From the NCBI GenBank assembly GCA_944391545.1, contig CALXTZ010000001.1, forward strand, positions 1 through 40,146: 40,146 nucleotides of DNA. Reading direction: 5' to 3'. Position numbers and translations under genes: made by a program. This document shows, one piece after another, positions 24,179-31,908 of this stretch. Source of the DNA: an uncultured Alphaproteobacteria bacterium. GTDB taxonomy: Bacteria; Pseudomonadota; Alphaproteobacteria; CAAHEQ01; UBA3637. Every line of letters begins with the position of its first letter. The stretch's first letter is position 1. The notes below the pieces were generated by a model. It worked only from the letters and a program-made list of their open reading frames with translations. It was not told the DNA's origin and did no database searches.

Positions 24179-24534
24179 GACCTATTTTAATTGAAATAAC
24201 GCGTCCGTTTAATGCTTTTTATCCCATTTTAATGCGACGCCAACACCTTTTATTTCGCGTTAAGATAAAAAGGATGGAAATGTGTTACCTTTTTTACAGA
24301 GTTCGTTTAAACTTGTGATATCCCTAATTCACGGTTGTTTAGGATTGTTAATTAGGAGAATAAGATGTTACACTTTATTTCATTTTTTTAAAAAAGATCG
24401 CACACTACGGAAAAAAACACAGCCCGAAAGAAAGTACGAAAATACGGCCAAGTCGTTCGGGGACTTTTCCGCCCGCCGCGCCGAAATTCTTCGGGCGCGC
24501 GGCGCGGCGGGTAGCTCCCCAATCCGGCAGAAGC

Positions 24535-26580
24535 ATGATTGAGATGTTGGCTGTTCTGGCCATCATGGGCGTTTTGACTGTGGGCGGAATTGCCGCTTAT
24601 TCCTTCGCCGTTTCTAAACACCGCGCCAATCAAATCTACAACCAAGTCGATTTACGCGCTGTTGCTTCTTTCGGAAATCCTTTCGTCAGACAAATACAAG
24701 TCGGACAAACTTATCCTTTGGCCGGGTTCGATGAAATCGTCGAAAACATCACTTACCAACATCAAAAGACTTCCGGTAACGGGTATGACATTATCGCTTC
24801 TCACGTGCCCGAACGTGTTTGCCGTCGTTTGCAAGATATGACTTTTCCCGTTCCCAAATCCGTTACATTGAATGAGGCCGACCTTTCTTCAACGTGTGGG
24901 AATGACAATACGTTTGTTTTTTCTTATGACGGTTTGTCCGTCGGAAAACCGTCAAGCGGTGTTGATCCGATTGATTGTAATTGTTCCGGCTGTCAAAGTT
25001 GCGAAAGCGGAACCTGTCAAGACAATGACAACTTATGCGGCCCCAAAGAAGTCTGTGTCGCCGGAAGTTGTCAATGTGCACCGGGATACGAAGAATGCGG
25101 CGGCAGTTGTTATGCCACATGTGGAGAAGGTTATATGCGCGATCCCGTCACTTGTGATTGCATCTGTGAACCGCAGGAATGTCCCGAACACGCCTCATGG
25201 GATACGGCAACTTGTTCTTGCGTCTGCGAAGACGGATATGACATGTGCGGCGGTTCGTGTCATCCCGTGTGTAACAGTTCCGGCATGACGGGCGAACGAG
25301 ATCCGAACACCTGTGCCTGCACGTGTTTTGAAGGCACGAATGCTGACACATGTGCTTGCCCCGACGGGTATATTTACATCAATGGTCAGTGCCAACGATT
25401 CGAATGCAAAGGCGGAACAACCGGTTTCACATTCGACTGTTTCATCAACGGCGTCCAATGTGGTCGTCTTTGTTCAAGTGACGGCAGTGGCTGTTTACAG
25501 GGAACGTGCCATCCTGAAACGTGTGAAGGAAACGGCGTGTTCTCTAATGAAAGATACGGCGGATGCCGAGATGGCGAAAAATATTGTGTGCCTATTTTCT
25601 TTGAAAATGGATCCATTAACTATTGGCGTTGCTACAATGAATATGGGGATTGTTGTGATGCCTCTTCCTATGGAGAGTGTCGCCTTGGTTCCTGTTACGA
25701 TAATCCTTGCATAAAGTATGATGGTTCTACTTATGAACCTGTCAACGCTTGGTATTTATATGGATGCAAGTTCAATTCAAATTTAAGTTGCTATCTCAAC
25801 AATGAAGAACGCACACGATGGAATTGTTTTGTTAACGGCGTTTTATGCAACAATCAATGTACTGATCCTTTAAATTGTGCCGGATGTGATTATACAAACT
25901 GTCCAGATGGTGCTATATATGACCCGGAAACCGGTATGTGTACAAAAAATGGGATCTATTGTGACAATACCGGATGCTACTTTGATGCCCAGAAGTCTCA
26001 AAGATGCGGCGAAGCATGCGGTAAAAATGGATTTGGTATCTGCGGAGAAGGATTGTGTTTTGACACCTGTCCAGCTGGTTTCAACTTAGCTTTCAGCTCG
26101 TTACGAGGATACGGCGCTTGTATTAAAAATGATTTAACTTGCTTTCACAGTACTGCCAACGCCCCGGCTATGTGTTATTACCAAAATCAATTATGTGGTA
26201 ATCTATGCGAATTAGACGGAACTAATTGTGAAATTGTCTTCTTACCTCAATGCGCAAGTGGAGGCAAATGCGTTTACGGATACCAAATTACTGCAGATTG
26301 TGAATGTGATACAAATCCAAATGCACAAATTGGAGATTATTGTTGTGCCCCTGGACATACGTTTATTAACGGAGGATGTACTCTCATTGAATGTCCAGAA
26401 GGACAAGTTGCAGATTCAAATGGTATTTGCCGAACAGAATGTGAAAATAATGCAGAAGTCATCTCGACAGGAAACGACACATGCGTTTGCGGCGGTAACA
26501 TTTATAAAGATAACTTCAATCGTACAATCTGCTGTGATGCCGACCATTCATGGGATGAAACATCCGAAACGTGCGTATAA
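24535..26580 (+). CDS. Pilin-like (prepilin-type N-terminus) giant cysteine-rich protein; the true 5' end is probably upstream (open frame back to 24364)
   Basis: 681 aa from the first in-frame ATG. The N-terminus MIEMLAVLAIMGVLTVGGIAAY is preceded in frame by ...SGRS, giving G|RSMIE with Glu at +5. A pilin-size head of about 145 aa has one Cys pair (C96, C121). The next 535 or so aa hold about 80 Cys. A terminator follows directly. Confidence 0.8.
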   Translation: MIEMLAVLAIMGVLTVGGIAAYSFAVSKHRANQIYNQVDLRAVASFGNPFVRQIQVGQTYPLAGFDEIVENITYQHQKTSGNGYDIIASHVPERVCRRLQDMTFPVPKSVTLNEADLSSTCGNDNTFVFSYDGLSVGKPSSGVDPIDCNCSGCQSCESGTCQDNDNLCGPKEVCVAGSCQCAPGYEECGGSCYATCGEGYMRDPVTCDCICEPQECPEHASWDTATCSCVCEDGYDMCGGSCHPVCNSSGMTGERDPNTCACTCFEGTNADTCACPDGYIYINGQCQRFECKGGTTGFTFDCFINGVQCGRLCSSDGSGCLQGTCHPETCEGNGVFSNERYGGCRDGEKYCVPIFFENGSINYWRCYNEYGDCCDASSYGECRLGSCYDNPCIKYDGSTYEPVNAWYLYGCKFNSNLSCYLNNEERTRWNCFVNGVLCNNQCTDPLNCAGCDYTNCPDGAIYDPETGMCTKNGIYCDNTGCYFDAQKSQRCGEACGKNGFGICGEGLCFDTCPAGFNLAFSSLRGYGACIKNDLTCFHSTANAPAMCYYQNQLCGNLCELDGTNCEIVFLPQCASGGKCVYGYQITADCECDTNPNAQIGDYCCAPGHTFINGGCTLIECPEGQVADSNGICRTECENNAEVISTGNDTCVCGGNIYKDNFNRTICCDADHSWDETSETCV

Positions 26581-26581
26581 A

Positions 26582-26610
26582 AAAGCTCCCGAAAAGGGAG
26601 CTTTCTTTTT
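26582..26610. terminator. Terminator between convergent genes (Cys-rich pilin-like gene and uppP)
   Basis: AAAGCTCCC-GAAAA-GGGAGCTTT followed by CTTTTT. The hairpin and T-run start just after the stop at 26578-26580; the tail overlaps the last two bases of the uppP stop codon. Confidence 0.75.
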
Positions 26611-27388
26611 ACAAAAAAACAAATAACAGGTAAAGCCCCAACGCCAACCGATAAACCATAAAAACGAAAAAAGATTCGGTTTTGACCCAGCGCATTAAAA
26701 AAGAAACGGCCATCAATCCGCCGATAAAAGAAAATAAAATGCCCCATCCGAATGTCGGATTAAGCACATCCAATTTATTTTCAAAAAATAACTTACCGAT
26801 GTGCCAAATCGCCGCAGCCGCAATAACCGGTACGGATAACATCATGGAAAACTGAGTCGCTGCCGTTCGTTTCATTCGACACAACCGACCGGCCGTCATG
26901 GTAATTCCGGATCGGCTGACTCCCGGCACCAACGCTAAACATTGCGCAATACCGATGAATAGCGCATCTTTTTTGGTCATGGTTTGAATTTCTTTTTGCG
27001 AAGCGCTGTTACGGTCAGCCGCATACAAAATAACCCCGAAAACCATCAACGTTCCGGCAATCAGTATCGGCGATCGAAAAACAGTCTCTACAATATGCTC
27101 CAAAAAGAATCCGACAATCAAAGCCGGCACCGTCGCAATACATAAATGAATAAATAAATTTTGAGCTGGCCCTTTTTTATAAAACCCCCATAAAATATGC
27201 CAAAAATCGCGCCCGAAATAAACCAAAACAGCTGCCAAAGTCCCGACATGCAACCCGATATCCATCGCTATTCCCTGATCCGGCCAGTGCAACAGACGCG
27301 GAACCAAAATCAAATGCGCCGAAGAACTGATCGGCAAAAATTCCGCAATGCTCTGCACCAAAGCCAAAACAAACGTCTGCAACATCAT
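26609..27388 (-). CDS. uppP: Undecaprenyl-diphosphate phosphatase
   Basis: 259 aa and multi-TM, with the BacA motifs EFLPISSSAHL and PGVSRSG. Confidence 0.95.
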   Translation of the reverse strand: MMLQTFVLALVQSIAEFLPISSSAHLILVPRLLHWPDQGIAMDIGLHVGTLAAVLVYFGRDFWHILWGFYKKGPAQNLFIHLCIATVPALIVGFFLEHIVETVFRSPILIAGTLMVFGVILYAADRNSASQKEIQTMTKKDALFIGIAQCLALVPGVSRSGITMTAGRLCRMKRTAATQFSMMLSVPVIAAAAIWHIGKLFFENKLDVLNPTFGWGILFSFIGGLMAVSFLMRWVKTESFFVFMVYRLALGLYLLFVFL

Positions 27389-27472
27389 TTTCTATGTCCT
27401 TTTACATATGAGACTATATTTTCAAGATTTTTTATGTTATAACAGACTTTCCACAGAAGATAAAGAGAAATC

Positions 27473-29545
27473 ATGAACCGGATTTATTCACTTATCAAAG
27501 ACCTCTTTTTAGCGGAATTGGATCGATGGAATTTATGGTTGCCCGTTGCTTTCGGTTTGGGAATTGCCGTCTATTTCCTTCTGCCACAGGAACCGTTTTG
27601 GGCGGTGGGGCCATTGTTGTTTTTGATGTGTATGGCCGGTTTCCTTTTGACGAGACGGAATATCTGTTTATATTGCTTCTTTTTAGCCTTATGCTTTGCA
27701 ACCGGCGGCTTTGCCCTTATTCAAACCAAAGCAAATTTAGCGGCGGCGCCGCGCTTATCCAAAAACATGCGCTTTGTCTGGGTAGAAGGAACGGTTGACC
27801 AGGTCGAACTTTACCCGAACGCCCGGCGGTTGACATTAAGCGACGTTTTTATCGATCGAATCAGCCCCGAAAAAACACCGAAGCGTGTCCGCATCCGCGC
27901 AAACGGGTTGTCTCCCGAAATTAAAAAAGGAGATCGCATTGAAATCCGGGCAAACCTCATGCCGCCGGGATTGCCGACGGAACCGGGCGGATACGCTTTT
28001 TGTCGGCTGTTGTGGTTCAGTCAAATCGGCGCCACGGGTTATGCGACCGGCCACCCTGTCGTCTTACAAAAAAAGGATGCTTTGTCGGGAATGGATTTAT
28101 TTGAAAATTTACGCCAAAAAATAGGCGATCGAATCCGAACCGTCCTGCCGCCGGAACAAGCCGGTGTCGTTTTACCGCTCGTCATCGGATCCGGCACGTC
28201 TATTTCCCAAAAAACATACAACCACTATCGAGACGCCGGCATTGCGCACGTGCTGTCGGTTTCCGGACTGCACATGATGTTGATTGCCGGATTGGTTTTT
28301 GCTTTTATGCGCTTTTTCTTAACCTTGTTTCCGCCCGTCGCCTTAAGAATAAACACCAAAAAAACGGCCGCCGTTGTTGCATTAATCATCCCTTTTTTAT
28401 ATTTGATGATTTCGGGATTAGCCGTTCCCGCGCAACGGTCTTACTTAATGTTGTTTGTTGTCTTTACGGCAGTTATTCTGGATCGGCAGGCGTTATCCGT
28501 TCGAAATGTCTGCTGGATCGGCTTTTTCATTTTGCTTTTCAAGCCCGAAAGCCTGATAACGGCCAGCTTTCAATTATCTTTCGGCGCTGTTTTAGCCTTG
28601 ATTTGTGCTTACGAAACCTTGAAAAAACCTATGCAAATTTACTTGTACAAACAAAAAAATAAGTTCGTCCGTTGGATTATCGGGCTAGCATTTGGCTTTT
28701 TAATCACGAACATCGCAGCCGGATTGGCAACAGCCCCGATTGCCGTTTATCATTTTTACAGATATCCCACCTACGGAATTTTAGGGAACTTTTTAACATC
28801 TTCTTTATTCGGCATCATTATTATGCCTTTACTTCTTATCAGCGTCCTGTGCATGCCGTTCGGATGGGATGTTTATCCGTTAAAAGCGGCGGGTTTCTTT
28901 CTGGATTTAGTCGCGGATATCACGGCTTGGATTGCCGGACTGCCGAAAGCTTCCGTTTTAGTGCCAGCCTTACCGACTTGGGGATTTACATGCTTTATTT
29001 TAGGCGGTCTTTGGGTATGCTTATGGCGGACGAAAATCAGACTCGGTGGATTGGTGTTCCTGTTCATCGGGGCTTTTTCGTTTCTCTGTCACACGACTCC
29101 CGATCTTTTCATTAGCCAAGGCGGCCGTCTCATTGGTTTACAAGAAAATGGGCACTTTTCCTTTTCAACTCTGACCCGAGAAAAAAGAACTCGTCAATCT
29201 TGGATGGAACGCAACGGATATAATCCAAATGCGACCGTTAATTTAATCGAAACGCCTTTCGTCGACGTGAAAGGGTATCGCATCGCATTGACGCCCGAAG
29301 CTTGCACCGGAGCAGACATAGCCGTCTTGCCGCAAAAAGAAACGCCTCTGTGTGAAGCGCCGTTGATTTTAGATTATAAAACCCTTTGGAACAAAGGAGC
29401 GCACACCCTTTTTCTGACACCGACCGGCATCTCTGTCAAAAATGCTGCCGATACAATGGGGATGCGATTATGGCACCCGAATGTTCAAGCGCCTTTTTTA
29501 CTTGATTTTTTCACGAACGCGCTTATAAATAAAGAAAAGGAATAA
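27473..29545 (+). CDS. comEC: ComEC/Rec2-family DNA internalisation channel protein (no obvious C-terminal beta-lactamase domain)
   Basis: 690 aa and polytopic, with the competence-domain motif AGIAHVLSVSGLHMMLIAG. Confidence 0.88.
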   Translation: MNRIYSLIKDLFLAELDRWNLWLPVAFGLGIAVYFLLPQEPFWAVGPLLFLMCMAGFLLTRRNICLYCFFLALCFATGGFALIQTKANLAAAPRLSKNMRFVWVEGTVDQVELYPNARRLTLSDVFIDRISPEKTPKRVRIRANGLSPEIKKGDRIEIRANLMPPGLPTEPGGYAFCRLLWFSQIGATGYATGHPVVLQKKDALSGMDLFENLRQKIGDRIRTVLPPEQAGVVLPLVIGSGTSISQKTYNHYRDAGIAHVLSVSGLHMMLIAGLVFAFMRFFLTLFPPVALRINTKKTAAVVALIIPFLYLMISGLAVPAQRSYLMLFVVFTAVILDRQALSVRNVCWIGFFILLFKPESLITASFQLSFGAVLALICAYETLKKPMQIYLYKQKNKFVRWIIGLAFGFLITNIAAGLATAPIAVYHFYRYPTYGILGNFLTSSLFGIIIMPLLLISVLCMPFGWDVYPLKAAGFFLDLVADITAWIAGLPKASVLVPALPTWGFTCFILGGLWVCLWRTKIRLGGLVFLFIGAFSFLCHTTPDLFISQGGRLIGLQENGHFSFSTLTREKRTRQSWMERNGYNPNATVNLIETPFVDVKGYRIALTPEACTGADIAVLPQKETPLCEAPLILDYKTLWNKGAHTLFLTPTGISVKNAADTMGMRLWHPNVQAPFLLDFFTNALINKEKE

Positions 29546-29560
29546 CAAAAGGAGTCATCA

Positions 29561-30016
29561 ATGACAAAATACATTTCTTTATGTCTGGGATTAATTTGTG
29601 CAATCGCTTTAACAGCGTGTTTTAACTCCACGCAAATCGAACCATCATACCGAACCGAAACGACAACGGCTGCCGGTGGTTTACAACCGCCGCCCAGTTT
29701 TGCACAATTTAAAGAAATTCCTATTCCGGAAAAAGCAACAATGGACTTAAAAAGAACGCTTTTATTCGGAAATGAACCGCTCATCGGTCGGTTGGTCTTT
29801 TCCGCCCCATACAACCAAACCAGCGTCTTTGACTTTTATATGTTGGAAATGCCTAAATTCGGGTGGAAAGAAATTACAATGATACGCTCACAAAACAGCG
29901 TCTTAACCTTTGCCCGCGACAACCGCATCGCTACTATCCAATTAAGCTCGACAACCGGCGGCGGGACAGATGTTTTATTCGACATCTCACTCGGCAAAAG
30001 CACGCAGCAGTTTTAA
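29561..30016 (+). CDS. Hypothetical lipoprotein
   Basis: MTKYISLCLGLICAIALTAC has a lipobox (LTA|C). SD AAGGAG is present. A terminator follows. Confidence 0.7.
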   Translation: MTKYISLCLGLICAIALTACFNSTQIEPSYRTETTTAAGGLQPPPSFAQFKEIPIPEKATMDLKRTLLFGNEPLIGRLVFSAPYNQTSVFDFYMLEMPKFGWKEITMIRSQNSVLTFARDNRIATIQLSSTTGGGTDVLFDISLGKSTQQF

Positions 30017-30035
30017 TGAATTGCCTATTTTTTCA

Positions 30036-30061
30036 AAAGCCCCGACATCTCGGGGCTTTTT
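30036..30061 (+). terminator. Rho-independent terminator
   Basis: AAAGCCCCGA-CATC-TCGGGGCTTT with a trailing T-run. Confidence 0.8.
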
Positions 30062-30172
30062 GCATACGTTTCGTTTCATTTTAAAATAATTTCGATAAAT
30101 ATTGACAAAACATTCCAAAAGACTTATATTGGTACCAATGAGCATTTTAAATTTTTTTTAAGGAAATAAAAA

Positions 30173-30916
30173 ATGATAGATAATAGAAGTTTTGAAATAA
30201 ATGCATTAAGTCTCATCCGACAAAGGATTGATGAAATCGTAACAAAGGAAGAAAAAGGACTCATTCACATTTCCAAAGACGAAAAAAAAGGTGCCGCGCA
30301 AAGAGAACAATTAGTACGACAAAATTTGCCGACGATTATTTCAAACTCTTTGCAAACAAAGCAACTACAATGTTGGATCGATAATCGTCGTCACTTGGAA
30401 GTATTAAACCTAGCTGGCCGAGAAGACATATCTAGTATGAAAGATATTTGGATTCCGCCTTCGGTTAAAGTCATCAATTTGGAAAATTGTGTTAATTTAG
30501 TCGAAATCTGTGCTACTCCAGCTCATGTTAAAGGGTTAAAATTAGCGCAAACAGCCGTTCGTGATTTTCGGGCATTGTCTGATACGGTGTGCGAGTTGGA
30601 TCTCCGTCGGATGCAAGAACCTATTTTTTGGCATTCCCTGCCGAATAGAACACCGAACAATCCGCTGGATATTTTAATGAATATGCAAGGAGAGCGAACT
30701 TTATCTCGTATACCTGATCGAATTAATATCATGTTTAAGCATCAACAGCCTCGTGAATTAAACCTTTATATTGAAGGAGGTCTTTTTGCGGCAAAAGAAT
30801 TTATTTATCTGCAGGAGTTTGTTTGCATAGACCCGATGATTGTTGCTCAAAACCAACAAACAAGTCAAGTATTACAAAAACAATATTCGGAAAAAACAGC
30901 GCATCAGATTGCTTAA
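30173..30916 (+). CDS. Leucine-rich-repeat-like hypothetical protein (247 aa)
   Basis: SD AAGGAA. The central region has LRR-like periodicity of about 22 residues (LEVLNLAGREDISSMKDIWIPPSVKVINLENCVNLVEICATPAHVKGLKLAQTAVRDFRALSDTVCELDL). The gene is more AT-rich than the backbone. Confidence 0.6.
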   Translation: MIDNRSFEINALSLIRQRIDEIVTKEEKGLIHISKDEKKGAAQREQLVRQNLPTIISNSLQTKQLQCWIDNRRHLEVLNLAGREDISSMKDIWIPPSVKVINLENCVNLVEICATPAHVKGLKLAQTAVRDFRALSDTVCELDLRRMQEPIFWHSLPNRTPNNPLDILMNMQGERTLSRIPDRINIMFKHQQPRELNLYIEGGLFAAKEFIYLQEFVCIDPMIVAQNQQTSQVLQKQYSEKTAHQIA

Positions 30917-30921
30917 AAAAA

Positions 30922-30952
30922 TCCCCTCGTCGATGACGGGGGGAATCTTTTT
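30922..30952. terminator. Bidirectional terminator between convergent genes
   Basis: A 10-bp stem TCCCCTCGTC/GACGGGGGGA (one G:U pair) is flanked by A7 and T5. Confidence 0.6.
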
Positions 30953-30953
30953 A

Positions 30954-31385
30954 TCAAGACGCAGTTCCTGATCGAACCGGTACTGTTTCAATCACCCAAA
31001 TATTTGTCGGGGCGTAAAAGTAAGAAAATGAAAACAGTGAGAACAAATAGGCGACAATTGCGATCATGCGCAAAATCGGACTTGGGACAAAAGGAATACC
31101 CTGTGCGTCCGTACCCACAAAGCAAATTTCCAAAAAGACCCAAATGCCGACGATCAGCAGCGGAATAAACAAAAAGACGGCTGCGAACAACGTCATCAAC
31201 AATTGAATTAATCCGCGCCAAATATAGCCTGCATAAAAGTTATGAATACCTAAAAAACCGAAGAAAAAAGCCAACAATACATATACAGCGGCGCTTTTCG
31301 GTTTCCCGGCGGCCGATGGCACCGATGCCGCGACGTCTTCATTTTCTAACGCAACCGGTTTCTGCGTGCGATTATTTTTTTTCAT
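30954..31385 (-). CDS. TM2-domain membrane protein
   Basis: The start is at MKKNNRTQ, behind SD AAGGGGGA. TM2 signature: VLLAFFFGFLGIHNFYAGYIWRGLIQLL...VGTDAQGIPF. Confidence 0.75.
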   Translation of the reverse strand: MKKNNRTQKPVALENEDVAASVPSAAGKPKSAAVYVLLAFFFGFLGIHNFYAGYIWRGLIQLLMTLFAAVFLFIPLLIVGIWVFLEICFVGTDAQGIPFVPSPILRMIAIVAYLFSLFSFSYFYAPTNIWVIETVPVRSGTAS

Positions 31386-31430
31386 AAATCCCCCTTCTCT
31401 CATTTCTCTTTTAAGAGAAATAGGGATTTT

Positions 31431-31464
31431 AAAACGGGCTGTCAAGGTATGATCAGCCCGTTTT
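31431..31464. terminator. Perfect 11-bp hairpin between TM2 paralogues (A/T-ended, bidirectional type)
   Basis: AAAACGGGCTG-12 nt-CAGCCCGTTTT, immediately after the stop of 31468-31809. Confidence 0.5.
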
Positions 31465-31467
31465 CAT

Positions 31468-31809
31468 TTAATTGAATTTAACGCCTTTTGCATATTTGTC
31501 GATAAAAATCATTTCGATGATAACACAAATCCAAACGGCGAACAACGGAACAATGAGCCAAAATAAAAACAACGTAATCAGCAATTGAGCCAACCCGCGT
31601 CCGATATAACCGGCATAAAAGTTATGAATACCGAAGCTCCCCAAAAACAAAGCCAACAAAATATAAACAACACGATTTTTGGGGGTATCCGCTGCATTTA
31701 CCAGGTTGTTTTGAAGAAGAACCTTTTTTTGTTCTTCAAATTCAGCGTCCGTAATAACGCCTTTTTTCTTTAAATCAGCCAATTTTTCTAAATCTGTAAT
31801 ATTATCCAT
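31468..31809 (-). CDS. SHOCT + TM2 domain membrane protein
   Basis: SD AAGGAG. The N-terminal LEKLADLKKKGVITDAEFEEQKKVLL is SHOCT-like. It is followed by the TM2 signature LALFLGSFGIHNFYAGYIGRGLAQLL. Confidence 0.8.
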   Translation of the reverse strand: MDNITDLEKLADLKKKGVITDAEFEEQKKVLLQNNLVNAADTPKNRVVYILLALFLGSFGIHNFYAGYIGRGLAQLLITLFLFWLIVPLFAVWICVIIEMIFIDKYAKGVKFN

Positions 31810-31908
31810 TCAAATTCTCCTTCATCTAAAGAACACATGACATACGAGATGATGCCTCTATTGACACCATACATAAAATTCCCGTCAATTTCAATGCTTT
31901 TTATTCGA

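Noticed and set aside
24282-24542. 86-aa GTG-initiated ORF in the upstream region of the pilin-like gene.
   Set aside because: It has no SD and an Arg/Lys-rich low-complexity product. All three forward frames are open here because of the GC-rich palindrome. The pilin frame explains the region better.
24590-26626. Alternative-frame and antisense ORFs within the Cys-rich gene (for example 24872-25288, 25313-25714, 26228-26626, 25195-25458).
   Set aside because: They are embedded in the long ORF, which has a coherent Cys-repeat structure. None has an SD or recognisable motifs.
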